This document shows, one piece after another, positions 13,039-26,708 of a DNA stretch of 64,000 nt. The position numbers and the translations under genes were made by a program. This stretch comes from Alphaproteobacteria bacterium MarineAlpha3_Bin2 (lineage in GTDB: Bacteria > Pseudomonadota > Alphaproteobacteria > Rhodospirillales > Casp-alpha2). The notes beneath the pieces are model-generated. The model ran no database searches. It worked only from the letters and a program-made list of their open reading frames with translations, and was not told the origin of the DNA. Location of the stretch: contig PTLL01000003.1 in the NCBI GenBank assembly GCA_002938315.1, positions 4,005 to 68,004 on the forward strand, given 5' to 3'. The first letter of the stretch is position 1. Each line of letters opens with the position of its first letter.

Positions 13039-13569
13039 GTGGTGCGTCTCAAGGGTTCCGCCGTTGCCATGCAGGCCGCCATCCCCCGTCCGTTGAAGGT
13101 TGGTGACAAAATCCAGCGCGGCGATGTCCTTTCCACCGGCCGCGGTGCGCGTCTGGAAGTCGAGATGTTGGACGATGCGATAATGACGCTGGGCGAGAAA
13201 ACCAATTTTATCGTCATTGATTACATCATCGGCAATGAACCCATTGCCGCCCTGCGCCTGCTCCAAGGCGCGTTCAGTGCCGTTAGCGGCAAAATGATGC
13301 AGACGGCGGCGGCGAAATTCACCGTCGAGACCGAGATCGCAACCATTGGCATTCGCGGCACCAAGTTCTGGGGCGGTGTGATTGACGGAGCGTTTCAGGT
13401 GGCCATGTTGGAGGGCAAGGCGGTGATTATCGAGAACAAAGCCGGTCGCGTCGTCATCGACAAGGTCAACAATGGAACGCTGATCAAAGACGCCAATACC
13501 GCGCCGACGAAACCGAAAGCATGGGGCGGGAACAAGCTGGACCGCGCCATCGCCACGGTCGCATTCTAA
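13039..13569 (+). CDS. FecR-domain protein (apparently lacking its signal peptide in this frame)
   Basis: 176 aa, …PLKVGDKIQRGDVLSTGRGARLEVEMLDDAIMTLGEKTNFIVIDY…IGIRGTKFW…, a FecR-type beta-sandwich pattern. A signal-peptide ORF starts at 12941 in a different frame (see findings). Confidence 0.6.
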   Translation: MVRLKGSAVAMQAAIPRPLKVGDKIQRGDVLSTGRGARLEVEMLDDAIMTLGEKTNFIVIDYIIGNEPIAALRLLQGAFSAVSGKMMQTAAAKFTVETEIATIGIRGTKFWGGVIDGAFQVAMLEGKAVIIENKAGRVVIDKVNNGTLIKDANTAPTKPKAWGGNKLDRAIATVAF

Positions 13570-13607
13570 CAAGCCCTAAAAAGCAGCGTTAATTTATAGT
13601 GATGGGT

Positions 13608-14870
<1,263 letters not shown>

Positions 14871-14940
14871 CTACGCTTGTACGTATACCGGTGCAAGTCA
14901 GGACTCGCCTGTGGCCCGCTTGGGCAATATAACTTCCCCC

Positions 14941-17064
14941 ATGCAACATGCCGAACAATTCATACCGGAAAAACGCGCCCCTATCAGCGGCGGCAAGCCG
15001 TTCACGCTGGTCTCGCCATTCGATCCCGCCGGCGACCAGCCCGAAGCCATCGCCGAGTTGATCAAGGGCCTGGAAGCGGCCGAGCGCGATCAGGTGTTGT
15101 TGGGCGTCACCGGGTCGGGCAAGACCTTTACCATCGCCCACGTCATTCAGGATCAACAGCGCCCGACCCTGGTGCTGGCTCCCAACAAGACCCTGGCGGC
15201 GCAGCTCTACGGCGAGATGAAGGAATTCTTCCCCGACAACGCGGTCGAATATTTCGTCTCCTACTACGATTATTATCAGCCCGAGGCCTACGTGCCGCGC
15301 ACCGATACCTTTATCGAGAAAGACGCCTCTATTAACGAACAGATCGACCGCATGCGCCACGCCGCGACGCGGTCCCTGTTGGAACGCCCGGACGTCATCA
15401 TCGTCGCCTCGGTGTCGTGCATCTACGGCATCGGTGCGGTGGAAACCTATTCCGAGATGGTGGTCAAGCTCCGCACCGGCGCCCGGGTCGATCGCGCCCC
15501 GCTTCTGCAAAGCCTGGTCGAGCTTCAATACCGGCGCAACGACGTCAATTTTTTCCGTGGCGCGTTCCGGGTGCGCGGCGATATCGTCGAGATTTTCCCG
15601 TCCCACTTCGAAGACCGGGCCTGGCGGTTGTCGCTGTTCGGCGACGAGTTGGAGCAGATCTGGGAAATTGACCCGCTCACCGGTGAGAAAATCGGCGCCC
15701 TGGAAGAGATCACCATTTATCCCAACAGCCATTACGTCACGCCCCGGCCGACCCTGTTGCAGGCGATTCCCCAGATCAAGGCGGAGCTGAAACAACGCCT
15801 GGGCGAGCTGACGGCGGAAGGAAAGCTGCTGGAAGCGCAGCGGCTCCAAGAACGCACCACCTTCGATTTGGAGATGCTGGACACCACCGGCTTTTGTGCC
15901 GGCATCGAGAACTATTCCCGTTACCTCACCGGCCGCCGCCCCGGCGATCCGCCACCGACGCTGTTCGAATACCTTCCGGAAAACGCGCTGATGATCGTCG
16001 ATGAATGCCATGTCACGGTGCCGCAACTGGGCGGCATGTACCGGGGCGATTTCAACCGCAAATCGACGCTCGCCGAATACGGCTTCCGCCTGCCCAGTTG
16101 CATTGACAACCGGCCCTTGAAGTTCGAGGAATGGGAAGTCATGCGCCCGGACACCATTTACGTTTCGGCGACGCCGGGCCCGTGGGAGATCGAGAAAACC
16201 GGCGGCGTCTTCGCCGAACAGGTGGTCCGCCCCACCGGCCTGATCGACCCCCTGTGCATCGTGCGGCCGGTAGAAACCCAGGTCGACGATTTACTGGGCG
16301 AAGTCAAGGAAGTGGCGGCCAAGGGCTTGCGCACCTTGGTGACGACGCTGACCAAGCGCATGGCCGAGGACCTGACCGAATACCTGCACGAACATGGTGT
16401 GCGGGTGCGCTACTTGCATTCCGACATCGATACCTTGGAGCGTATCGAGATCATCCGCGACCTGCGTTTGGGGGCGTTCGATGTGTTGATCGGCATCAAC
16501 CTGCTGCGCGAGGGCCTGGATATTCCCGAATGCGCCCTGGTCGCCATCCTCGACGCCGACAAGGAAGGCTTTTTGAGATCCAAGACCTCGCTGGTGCAGA
16601 CCATCGGCCGCGCCGCCCGCAACATCGACGGCCGCGTCATTCTGTATGCCGACAAGATGACCGCTTCGCTGGACTACGCCATTTCCGAAACCAACCGGCG
16701 CCGCGAAAAACAACAGGCCTACAATGCCGCCAACGGCATCACCCCGGAATCGGTGAAAAAGGGTATCACCGATATCATCGGATCGGTGTACGAACAGGAC
16801 TACGTCACCGTCGATACCGGCGTTTCCGGGGAGGCCGAACTGGTCGGCCACAACCTGCGCGCCGTACTCGCCGACTTGACCCAACGCATGAAGGCCGCCG
16901 CCGCCGAGCTGGAATTCGAGGAAGCCGCCCGGTTGCGCGATGAAGTCCGCCGCCTGGAAGCCCGCGAGCTCGGTCTGGACAAGGCCGGCGTTTCGCCCAT
17001 GGCCGCGGCGCGGGCCGGCGCCGGTGGTCGCTGGAAGAAAAAGGGCAAGAAAAAGAGAAGATAG
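14941..17064 (+). CDS. uvrB: excinuclease ABC subunit B
   Basis: From the ATG at 14941: [10 protein letters not shown]…, Walker [17 protein letters not shown], helicase C motifs, UVR domain [14 protein letters not shown]. The first 100 codons of the ORF-track entry overlap aatA antisense and are discounted. Confidence 0.95.
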   Translation: MQHAEQFIPEKRAPISGGKPFTLVSPFDPAGDQPEAIAELIKGLEAAERDQVLLGVTGSGKTFTIAHVIQDQQRPTLVLAPNKTLAAQLYGEMKEFFPDNAVEYFVSYYDYYQPEAYVPRTDTFIEKDASINEQIDRMRHAATRSLLERPDVIIVASVSCIYGIGAVETYSEMVVKLRTGARVDRAPLLQSLVELQYRRNDVNFFRGAFRVRGDIVEIFPSHFEDRAWRLSLFGDELEQIWEIDPLTGEKIGALEEITIYPNSHYVTPRPTLLQAIPQIKAELKQRLGELTAEGKLLEAQRLQERTTFDLEMLDTTGFCAGIENYSRYLTGRRPGDPPPTLFEYLPENALMIVDECHVTVPQLGGMYRGDFNRKSTLAEYGFRLPSCIDNRPLKFEEWEVMRPDTIYVSATPGPWEIEKTGGVFAEQVVRPTGLIDPLCIVRPVETQVDDLLGEVKEVAAKGLRTLVTTLTKRMAEDLTEYLHEHGVRVRYLHSDIDTLERIEIIRDLRLGAFDVLIGINLLREGLDIPECALVAILDADKEGFLRSKTSLVQTIGRAARNIDGRVILYADKMTASLDYAISETNRRREKQQAYNAANGITPESVKKGITDIIGSVYEQDYVTVDTGVSGEAELVGHNLRAVLADLTQRMKAAAAELEFEEAARLRDEVRRLEARELGLDKAGVSPMAAARAGAGGRWKKKGKKKRR

Positions 17065-17075
17065 GGGAGTGGGCC

Positions 17076-17549
17076 TCAGCCCCCCAGCAGCTCCGGTCTC
17101 AGGAACCATTGCACGGTCCAGCCGCCGCCGTTTTCGCCGCGTTCGATGCAGGCCACCGAGCCCGGCTTGAAGTGGACCACGGTTTCATCCTCGTTGCCGG
17201 TGATCAGCCGTGACGCCAGCTTGCTCATGAACGGCAGGTGGCCGACGATGATGGTGTCTTCGGTCCAGCCGTCGATGGCGGCGAACAAATCGTCGATGGG
17301 ATCGTTGGGGGCGATACCAGTCGGCGATTCCTCGACGACCTTGCCAGGGCCCAAGACGTCGGCCAGCAACAAGGCGGTTTCCAAGGCGCGCAGTTTGCCG
17401 CTGTGCAGGACCCGGCCGGCGGCAACGCCGCTGCGGGCCAGGAACGATGCCATGCGTTTGACGTCCTCGCGGCCGCTATCGCTCAAGGGCCTTTTCGGAT
17501 CTTCGTCCTTGGGCTTGGCAGGGCCATGGTGAACTAGAAAAACGTGCAT
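17076..17549 (-). CDS. sixA: phosphohistidine phosphatase SixA-like (histidine phosphatase superfamily)
   Basis: 157 aa, MHVFLVHHGPAKPK…RPLSDSGREDV…IVGHLPF, the size and motifs of the SixA family. Confidence 0.6.
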   Translation of the reverse strand: MHVFLVHHGPAKPKDEDPKRPLSDSGREDVKRMASFLARSGVAAGRVLHSGKLRALETALLLADVLGPGKVVEESPTGIAPNDPIDDLFAAIDGWTEDTIIVGHLPFMSKLASRLITGNEDETVVHFKPGSVACIERGENGGGWTVQWFLRPELLGG

Positions 17550-17575
17550 GGCGGCCTTATGTCAGAATTTACGAA

Positions 17576-18013
17576 TTAATGTTGAGGGATCGCCGCGACC
17601 ATCGCCTCGGCGGCCTTGAGTTCTCGGTCCGCCGCGGCGGTGCCGGTTTCAGGGTCTTCTTCCGCTTTGGCCAGCGCCGCTTTGGCGTCGTCCAAGCGCG
17701 CCTCGGCGGCGGCCTTGTCGATGTCACCTACCGGGATGGCTTCTTCGGCCAACACGGTGCATCGGTCCGGTGACACCTCGGCGAACCCGCCGGAGACGAA
17801 AATGCTTTCACGGACCTGGCCGCCCTCGTGGATATCGATGACGCCAGGACGCACGGTGGCGATCAACAGCGAATGGCCGGGCAGCACGCCAAAATCACCC
17901 TCGGCGCCAGGCACCACGACCATCTCCACCGGCTCCGATTTCAGGAGCTTTTGCGGCGAGACCAATTCGAATTCGACCCGGTCGGTATTTGTGCTGTCGG
18001 CCATGTTTGGCAC
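17576..18013 (-). CDS. atpC: F0F1 ATP synthase subunit epsilon
   Basis: 145 aa, last gene of the atpHAGDC cluster. …FELVSPQKLL…VVVPGAEGDFGVLPGH…. Confidence 0.9.
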   Translation of the reverse strand: MPNMADSTNTDRVEFELVSPQKLLKSEPVEMVVVPGAEGDFGVLPGHSLLIATVRPGVIDIHEGGQVRESIFVSGGFAEVSPDRCTVLAEEAIPVGDIDKAAAEARLDDAKAALAKAEEDPETGTAAADRELKAAEAMVAAIPQH

Positions 18014-18021
18014 CTAAACCC

Positions 18022-19464
<1,443 letters not shown>

Positions 19465-19483
19465 TCAGCGTACTTCGTTGAAC

Positions 19484-20398
19484 TTACTTGAGTGCTTCCG
19501 CACCCGAGACGATTTCTACCAATTCTGTCGTAATTGCCGCCTGTCGCGTACGGTTGTAGATAATCGACAGTTTGTCGATCATTTCACCGGCATTGCGGGT
19601 GGCGTTGTCCATGGATGTCATCCGCGCGCCGTGTTCCGATGCCGCGCTTTCCAAAAGCGCCTGAAAAATCTGGACCCCGATGTTGCGGGGCAGCAGTTCG
19701 GACAGGATGTCCTGTTCTTCGGGCTCGAAAATAAAGATCGGGGAGGGTCCCTCATCGGTGGCTTTCGGGGCTGTCTCGCCGTTTTTTTCTTCTTCCGCTT
19801 CGGGTGCGGCAAAGGGGATCAGTTGTTGCGCCGTCGGGATTTGCGTCATCGCCGATTGGAAGCGGTTGAAGACGATGGTGCAGATATCGAAGTCGTCTTC
19901 GTCGAACATCGCAGTGATCCTGTCCGCCACATCGGTGGCTTCGGTGTATTCGACACTGCTTTTGCCGATGCCCTCGATGGTGTCGATGATGTTGCTTTCG
20001 TAATCGCGTTTGAGGTTGTCCCGGCCCTTGCGGCCGATGCAAAGAATCTTGACCGTCTTGCCCTCCGCTTTGAGGTTGATCACCATTTTCCGGACTTCGC
20101 GGGCGATGGAACTGTTAAACCCGCCGCATAATCCCCGGTCCGCCGTACAGGCGACAATCAGGTGGGTATCCTCCTTACCGGTTCCGGCCAGCATCTTCGG
20201 GGCGCCGTCGATGCCGGCGATGCTGTCGCCGACGGCGGCAACCATGCGCTCCATGCGGGAGGCGAAAGGACGCGCCGCTTCGGCGCCTTCCTGGGCGCGC
20301 CTGAGCTTGGCGGCGGCGACCATCTTCATGGCCGACGTGATCTTCTGCGTCGACTTGACGCTGTTGATCCTGACCTTGAGATCTTTGAGATTGGACAT
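19484..20398 (-). CDS. atpG: F0F1 ATP synthase subunit gamma
   Basis: 304 aa, MSNLKDLKVRINSVKSTQKITSAMKMVAAAKLRRAQ…ITTELVEIVSGAEAL. Confidence 0.95.
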   Translation of the reverse strand: MSNLKDLKVRINSVKSTQKITSAMKMVAAAKLRRAQEGAEAARPFASRMERMVAAVGDSIAGIDGAPKMLAGTGKEDTHLIVACTADRGLCGGFNSSIAREVRKMVINLKAEGKTVKILCIGRKGRDNLKRDYESNIIDTIEGIGKSSVEYTEATDVADRITAMFDEDDFDICTIVFNRFQSAMTQIPTAQQLIPFAAPEAEEEKNGETAPKATDEGPSPIFIFEPEEQDILSELLPRNIGVQIFQALLESAASEHGARMTSMDNATRNAGEMIDKLSIIYNRTRQAAITTELVEIVSGAEALK

Positions 20399-20422
20399 GG
20401 GCTAAATTCCGGGTCGTTCTCT

Positions 20423-21952
20423 TTAAGCGTAGGATTTGGTGAAATCGTCCATGAATTTGGTCAGCTTGGCCTCGGTGTCTTCGCTCAGTTCCTTTTCGCT
20501 GCGGATGGCGTCGAGGATGTCACTGCCCTTGGAACGAATCTCATCGAGAAGCCGGGCTTCGAACGTCGTGACCTCGTTGATCTCGATCCCATCGGTGTAT
20601 CCCTTGACGCCCGCGAAGATGGATATGACCTGTTCCTCCACTGGCAGCGGTGTATATTGCGTTTGCTTCAATAGCTCGGTCAGCCGAGCGCCACGGGCCA
20701 GCAGTTGCTGCGTCGATTGGTCCAGGTCGGATGCGAACTGGGCGAACGCCGCCATTTCCCGGTACTGGGCCAGTTCCAATTTGATCGAGCCGGCGACTTG
20801 CTTCATCGCCTTGATCTGGGCCGCGGAGCCGACGCGTGACACCGACAGGCCGACGTTGACGGCGGGGCGAATGCCCTTGAAGAACAGTTCGGTTTCCAAA
20901 AAGATCTGGCCGTCGGTGATGGAAATGACATTGGTGGGGATATAGGCCGATACGTCGCCGGCTTGGGTTTCGATCACCGGCAACGCGGTCAGGCTGCCGC
21001 CGCCTTCGTCATCGTTCATCTTGGCGGCGCGTTCCAACAACCGGGAATGCAGGTAAAAAACGTCGCCCGGATAGGCTTCGCGTCCCGGCGGACGGCGCAG
21101 CAACAGCGACATCTGGCGGTAGGCGACGGCCTGTTTGGACAGATCGTCGTAGAAAATTACCGCATGCATGCCGTTATCGCGGAAAAATTCACCCATGGCG
21201 CAACCCGTATACGGCGCCAGGAACTGCAACGGCGCCGGTTCGGACGCGGTCGAGGCGATGACGATGGAATATTTAAGCGCGTCGTAATCTTCCAGGGTTT
21301 TCACCAATTGCGCCACGGTGGACCGCTTCTGGCCGATGGCGACATAGATGCAGTAGAGCTTTTCTGACTCGTCGCCGGTCTCGTTGACGGCGTGCTGGTT
21401 GATGATGGTGTCGATGATGACGGCGGTCTTGCCGGTCTGGCGGTCGCCGATAATAAGTTCACGCTGGCCGCGGCCGACGGGAATTAGTGAGTCGATGGCC
21501 TTGAGGCCGGTCTGCACCGGCTCATGCACCGACTTGCGCGGGATGATCCCCGGCGCCTTGACCTCCACTCGGGACCGCTGGGACGCTGAAATCGGTCCCT
21601 TACCGTCGATGGGGTTGCCCAATGCATCGACAACCCGGCCCAGCAGTTCCTTGCCGACCGGAACGTCAACAATGGCACCGGTTCGTTTGACCGTGTCGCC
21701 TTCTTTGATGGTCCTGTCCTCGCCGAAGATGACGATGCCGACGTTGTCGGTTTCCAGGTTCAGGGCCATGCCCTTGATGCCGCCCGGGAATTCAACCATT
21801 TCACCGGCCTGGACTTGATCCAGGCCATGAACGCGGGCGATGCCGTCGCCGACGGACAGCACTTGGCCGACTTCCGCAACTTCCGCCTCACCGCCGAAAT
21901 CGGCGATCTGTTTTTTCAAAATGGCAGAGATTTCCGCCGGCTTAATATCCAT
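20423..21952 (-). CDS. atpA: F0F1 ATP synthase subunit alpha
   Basis: 509 aa with Walker [10 protein letters not shown] and the typical alpha N-terminal beta-barrel sequence. Confidence 0.97.
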   Translation of the reverse strand: MDIKPAEISAILKKQIADFGGEAEVAEVGQVLSVGDGIARVHGLDQVQAGEMVEFPGGIKGMALNLETDNVGIVIFGEDRTIKEGDTVKRTGAIVDVPVGKELLGRVVDALGNPIDGKGPISASQRSRVEVKAPGIIPRKSVHEPVQTGLKAIDSLIPVGRGQRELIIGDRQTGKTAVIIDTIINQHAVNETGDESEKLYCIYVAIGQKRSTVAQLVKTLEDYDALKYSIVIASTASEPAPLQFLAPYTGCAMGEFFRDNGMHAVIFYDDLSKQAVAYRQMSLLLRRPPGREAYPGDVFYLHSRLLERAAKMNDDEGGGSLTALPVIETQAGDVSAYIPTNVISITDGQIFLETELFFKGIRPAVNVGLSVSRVGSAAQIKAMKQVAGSIKLELAQYREMAAFAQFASDLDQSTQQLLARGARLTELLKQTQYTPLPVEEQVISIFAGVKGYTDGIEINEVTTFEARLLDEIRSKGSDILDAIRSEKELSEDTEAKLTKFMDDFTKSYA

Positions 21953-22512
21953 TATTCGATCCCTTTCATGGCGAAGCGCATTTGCTGGAGCTTCGTTCGC
22001 AATGAGCTATCGACCATTCGTGACCCGATTTTAACGATCAGGCCACCCAACAGACTGTCATCGACCTTGGCGTCGATGGCGACATCTGAACCGATGGCCT
22101 TTTTTAATACTTCACTGATGGTATCCAATTGTTTCTTCGACAATGGCTTTACCGAAACCACTTCGGCGGTGGCTTCGCCGCGTTGCGCAGCCAATAACGC
22201 CTGAAAAGCGGCGATCATGGCCTTGAGGGCAAATAAACGGCGGTTTTCGGCGACCGTGCCGACGAAGTTCTGGGTCAATGTGCACATGCCGGCCTTATCC
22301 AGGACGGCGGCCATGGCGCGGCCCTGATCGTCGCGGGAAATTACCGGTGAACGGATCAGGCGCGTTAAATCGGCGGATGCCTCGATCATTTGGCCGAGCT
22401 GGTCAAGATCGGCGGCGACGCGGTCCAATAGCTTATCGGACTCGGCTAGGTCGAATAATGCCGTCGCGTATCGGCTGGCTAGGCCGGTAGCGCCTATCAT
22501 CTCCGTTGACAC
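21952..22512 (-). CDS. atpH: F0F1 ATP synthase subunit delta (OSCP)
   Basis: 186 aa, first gene of the F1 cluster. Its stop overlaps the atpA start by 1 nt. …[12 protein letters not shown]…. Confidence 0.9.
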   Translation of the reverse strand: MSTEMIGATGLASRYATALFDLAESDKLLDRVAADLDQLGQMIEASADLTRLIRSPVISRDDQGRAMAAVLDKAGMCTLTQNFVGTVAENRRLFALKAMIAAFQALLAAQRGEATAEVVSVKPLSKKQLDTISEVLKKAIGSDVAIDAKVDDSLLGGLIVKIGSRMVDSSLRTKLQQMRFAMKGIE

Positions 22513-22700
22513 CAGGAAATGTCCTCTTTCTTGTTAATTATGTTGAGATGCAAGACACCTTGCGGCAGCGCGAACCATCCCCCTGAGCCGGGGTTTTCCC
22601 CGTTCCAAACGTCGGTTTCGTAGCATACCCCTTTGGCCCTTGCAAGACGGCTCCGGGGCCTTTTTCCCGGGCTTTCACATATCCCCGATGGATCGCCAGA

Positions 22701-24914
22701 TCACAGAAAACTGTAGGGATCAACATCGGCCTGGATGCGGACTTTCCTGGGCGGTTGAACGCGTGCCAGCCATTCCCGGAGGACGCCTTGTAGGTTGGTG
22801 GACTTCGCCGTTTTCAGCAACAACCGCCGGCGGTGTTTGCCCCTGAGCAGCGCCATCGGCGCCGGCGCCGGGCCCAGCACGGTAATGTCGTCGCCGGTGG
22901 GGGCGGTGCGGCCCAGGGACCGGGCGGTAGCGTCCACGGCGGCCTCGTCGGGGCCGGAAACGATCACCGCTGCCAAGCGGCCGAACGGCGGCATCATGGC
23001 CTGACGGCGGCTTTCGGCCTCGGCCTTTAAAAATCCATCGCGGTTACCTTCCTTCAACGCCTTCATCACCGGATGATCCGGCATGAAGGTTTGCAGCAGT
23101 ACCCGTCCGGCCCGCCCGGCCCGCCCGGCCCGCCCGGCGACTTGATAGAGAAGCTGATGCGTGCGTTCGGCGGCGCGCAAATCCCCGCCGGCAAGGCCTA
23201 GGTCCGCGTCCACCGCCCCGACCAGGGTCAACAGGGGGAAGTGGTAGCCCTTGGCGACGACCTGGGTGCCGATGATCAGGTCGACGTCGTGGTCTTCGAT
23301 CCGCCGGACCAAATCCGCCGCCGCCTTGGGGCCGGCCAGGGTGTCGCTGGCGGCGATGACGGTGCGGGCCTTGGGGAACAGGTCGGCGATTTCTTCCGCC
23401 AGGCGTTCCACGCCGGGGCCACAGGCGGCGAAGGTGTCTTCCTTTTCGCATTCCGGGCATTGCTTCGGCGGCGGCGCCCCGAAGCCGCAATGGTGACACT
23501 GCAAGCGTCCGCCACGGCGGTGTTCAACCAACCAGGCGGAACAATTGGGGCACTGCATGCGATGGCCGCAGGTGCGGCAAAGAGTCAGCGGCGCATAGCC
23601 CCGGCGGTTCAGGAACAGCATCGCCTGTTCGCCATTGGCGAAGGTTGCCGCCAAGCCATCCCGGAGCGACGGCGACACCCAACACTGGGACGGTGTTTGC
23701 TCGGCACGCATATCGATGGTGTCGACCTCGGGCAGCGCCGCCCCGGCATGGCGATCGGCTAAGTGTTGCATTTGGTAACGTCCGGATTCTGCGTTGAGAA
23801 CCGTTTCCAGGGACGGTGTCGCCGAAGCCAGCACGATCGGAATGGCCCCTAATTGGGCGCGGACGACGGCCATGTCGCGGGCGTTATAGATAACGCCGTC
23901 TTCTTGTTTGAAGGAGGTGTCGTGCTCTTCATCGACAATAATCTGGCGAAGATCGGCAAACGGCAGGAACAGCGCCGAACGGGCGCCGACCACGACCTTG
24001 GTTTGGCCTTCGGCGACGGCGCGCCAGGTGTGGCGACGCTGGGCCGCCGTCAAGTCCGAATGCCATTGCCCCGGGGCCGCCCCGAAACGGTCCTGGAAGC
24101 GTTGCAGCCATTGCGCCCCCAGCGCGATTTCAGGGAGCAGCACCAATACCTGGCCGCCTTGCTTCAGGGCTTCGGCGACGGCCTGGAAATAGACTTCGGT
24201 TTTTCCCGACCCCGGAACGCCGTCCAAAAGGGTGACGGAAAAGCCGCCTTTTTTTGTCGCCGCTTGCAGGGGCCGGGCGGCCTTGTCCTGATCGGCGGAT
24301 AAATCAGGGCCGGGCAATCGCCAGTCGGGTTCCGGGCCGGCGGCCCGGGCGGGCAGGTTGACGGGTGACAAGGCGCCGGCATCGACTAGCCCCTTGACGA
24401 CACCGGAGCCGGTGCCGGCTTCCCGCGCCAGTTCGGCGGCGGGGCGTGGCGGGCCATCGTTGAGAACCGCCAATACCCGTTCCCGTGCCTTGGTTGGCTT
24501 GAAGGGTTCCGGTTTCGGGTTGAGGGTGTAGGCGATCACCGGTTTCGGCGGCGTGAGAGCCTCCGGCACGCTCATCACCATTTTCAGGACCGCCCCCGGC
24601 GCGCTTAAGGTATACCGCGCGGTCCAATCGACGAAGTCCCGCGACACCTCCGGCAAGGGCGGGCAATCAAGCCGGCCGAGAACGTCTTTCAGTTTGCTTT
24701 CAGGGACGCCGCCTTCCCCCTTGCCCCAGACCACGCCGATGGCCTTACGCGCGCCCAGGGGAACATTGATGAAATCCCCGGCGGTCAGCGTCATCTCTTC
24801 CGCGACCCGGTAATCGTAGGTTCCCGCCAGCGGCAGCGGCAACAATACAGCGATTTCTTCGCCAGGCAGGTATCGGGCGGTGGCTGTTTCAGTTGGGGCG
24901 GTATTTTTTTTCAT
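22701..24914 (-). CDS. priA: primosomal replication-restart helicase PriA
   Basis: From the ATG at 24914 (MKKNTAPTE…): Walker [17 protein letters not shown], and the Cys-rich insert [21 protein letters not shown]…CHHCG. Confidence 0.93.
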   Translation of the reverse strand: MKKNTAPTETATARYLPGEEIAVLLPLPLAGTYDYRVAEEMTLTAGDFINVPLGARKAIGVVWGKGEGGVPESKLKDVLGRLDCPPLPEVSRDFVDWTARYTLSAPGAVLKMVMSVPEALTPPKPVIAYTLNPKPEPFKPTKARERVLAVLNDGPPRPAAELAREAGTGSGVVKGLVDAGALSPVNLPARAAGPEPDWRLPGPDLSADQDKAARPLQAATKKGGFSVTLLDGVPGSGKTEVYFQAVAEALKQGGQVLVLLPEIALGAQWLQRFQDRFGAAPGQWHSDLTAAQRRHTWRAVAEGQTKVVVGARSALFLPFADLRQIIVDEEHDTSFKQEDGVIYNARDMAVVRAQLGAIPIVLASATPSLETVLNAESGRYQMQHLADRHAGAALPEVDTIDMRAEQTPSQCWVSPSLRDGLAATFANGEQAMLFLNRRGYAPLTLCRTCGHRMQCPNCSAWLVEHRRGGRLQCHHCGFGAPPPKQCPECEKEDTFAACGPGVERLAEEIADLFPKARTVIAASDTLAGPKAAADLVRRIEDHDVDLIIGTQVVAKGYHFPLLTLVGAVDADLGLAGGDLRAAERTHQLLYQVAGRAGRAGRAGRVLLQTFMPDHPVMKALKEGNRDGFLKAEAESRRQAMMPPFGRLAAVIVSGPDEAAVDATARSLGRTAPTGDDITVLGPAPAPMALLRGKHRRRLLLKTAKSTNLQGVLREWLARVQPPRKVRIQADVDPYSFL

Positions 24915-24998
24915 CGTTGTGAAGGCGTTTCCTGATTGATCTTGCGAATCTGGTTTATAATAGGCGATTCGTGAAAACTGGCGAGGTTTCCGCATCCC

Positions 24999-25742
24999 AT
25001 GACCGGAAAAAATGAAAAACCGGCTGTCGAGACAGCCCCGGAACCGGAACAAATTAGCGGCGACGCCGTTGCCAATTATCTGCGCCGCCACCCCGATTTT
25101 TTCAACGACCGGCTGGATCTTCTATCGGAAATGTCGGCGCCGTCGCGGTGGACCGGCAATGGTGTCGTCGATATGCAGCGCTATCTGGCCGATCGCCGGT
25201 TGGGTGAGATCGACGACCTGCGCAATTGCGCGCAAGAGGTCATTGAGATCAGCCGTTCCAACATGTCGGTCCAGACCCGGACCCATGCCTCCGTGCTGGC
25301 ATTGATGTCGGCCACCGATATGGGCCAGCTGCTGCGCGTCGTCAGCGAAGACCTGCCCTTGTTGCTGGATGTGGATGTGGTGATTTTAGGGCTAGAGCCG
25401 TCGGCGGGAGAAATAAACGTCACCCAGGCCGTCACGCCGGAGGTCCTTCCATTGCCCGAAGGCGGCGTTGATGGAATTTTAGGCGCCGATGAAAACGTCT
25501 GCCTGCTTCGCGACCTGGAAGAGGCAAAGGAATACGGTGAGATGCTGTTCGGGGCGGCCTCGAGACTGGTGCGCTCGGCGGTGTTGGTGCGGCTGCGTGC
25601 CGGAAGCGGGGTTGCCGATGGGATTCTGGCGTTGGGATCGCGGGGAGATACCTTCAGCCCCGGACAGGGCACCGAGTTGGCGGGCTTCCTGGCCCGGACG
25701 CTTGAATTGTGCCTGTACCGGCTGGCGGAACCGCCTGGTTAA
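24999..25742 (+). CDS. DUF484 (YigA-like) protein
   Basis: 247 aa, …[22 protein letters not shown]…. It sits immediately upstream of xerC with a TAATG overlap, matching the known yigA-xerC arrangement. Confidence 0.75.
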   Translation: MTGKNEKPAVETAPEPEQISGDAVANYLRRHPDFFNDRLDLLSEMSAPSRWTGNGVVDMQRYLADRRLGEIDDLRNCAQEVIEISRSNMSVQTRTHASVLALMSATDMGQLLRVVSEDLPLLLDVDVVILGLEPSAGEINVTQAVTPEVLPLPEGGVDGILGADENVCLLRDLEEAKEYGEMLFGAASRLVRSAVLVRLRAGSGVADGILALGSRGDTFSPGQGTELAGFLARTLELCLYRLAEPPG

Positions 25743-26704
25743 TGGCCCTTGAGTTCACCGCCGAGCCGGCGGTGGTCGCCGTTATCGACGACTGGCGATC
25801 ATGGTTGGCGCATGAGCGGCGGGCGTCGGATCACACACTCAGCGCCTATAGCCGCGACCTCAGCGCTTTTCTGGTCTTCGTCAACAAACCCAATAAAGAA
25901 GGCGGGATCGGCTATCCGCCGGGGCTCCAGGATCTGGCGAACCTGGGGACGGAGCACTTCCGCGGTTATCTGGCACGGCTCATTGCACAAGGCATGGCCC
26001 GGTCATCGACGGCACGGGCAATGGCAACATTGCGCAATTTCTTCCGCTACTTGGAAAAGAACGAGCTTGCCGTCAACGCTGCCATCGGTTCCGTGAAAAC
26101 GCCAAAAGTACCTCCGCCCTTGCCCAAGGCGCTGAACGAGGAGGACGCCTACGAGGTGGTTGGACGGATCGGCGAACTGTCGGATGTGTCTTGGATTTCC
26201 AAGCGCGACACAGCGGTACTGCTTTTGCTTTACGGATGTGGCTTGCGGATCGGCGAGGCGATCAACCTCGATCGCAACCAGGCACCGGATGCATCCGGGC
26301 GCACCGATACCATTGTCGTCACCGGCAAGGGCGATAAGCAGCGTCTGGTGCCTGTACTTCCCATCGTCGCCGAAGCGATTGAGGATTATCTGGCCGCCTG
26401 CCCCTTTGACCTGGCCGATGACGGTCCGATGTTTGTCGGCCAGCGGGGCAAGCGGTTGAGTGCCCGCATTATCCAGCGCCAGGTGCAGAGGCTGCGCGCC
26501 CGCTTGGGTCTTACCGAAACGACGACACCACATGCGCTCCGTCACAGCTTCGCCACCCATTTGCTCGGGCGCGGTGGCGATCTCAGGACTATTCAAAAAC
26601 TCCTGGGACACGCGTCGTTGAGCACGACACAACGTTACACGAAGGTCGACGTTGAGCAGCTGAACGAAGTCTACGAGCGCGCCCACCCCCGCGCCCGCCG
26701 TTAG
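25742..26704 (+). CDS. xerC: site-specific tyrosine recombinase XerC
   Basis: Start set at the ATG at 25742. …WLAHERRASDHTLSAYSRDL…, catalytic HALRHSFATHLL and LLGHASLSTTQRYT. Confidence 0.85.
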   Translation: MALEFTAEPAVVAVIDDWRSWLAHERRASDHTLSAYSRDLSAFLVFVNKPNKEGGIGYPPGLQDLANLGTEHFRGYLARLIAQGMARSSTARAMATLRNFFRYLEKNELAVNAAIGSVKTPKVPPPLPKALNEEDAYEVVGRIGELSDVSWISKRDTAVLLLLYGCGLRIGEAINLDRNQAPDASGRTDTIVVTGKGDKQRLVPVLPIVAEAIEDYLAACPFDLADDGPMFVGQRGKRLSARIIQRQVQRLRARLGLTETTTPHALRHSFATHLLGRGGDLRTIQKLLGHASLSTTQRYTKVDVEQLNEVYERAHPRARR

Positions 26705-26708
26705 AATC

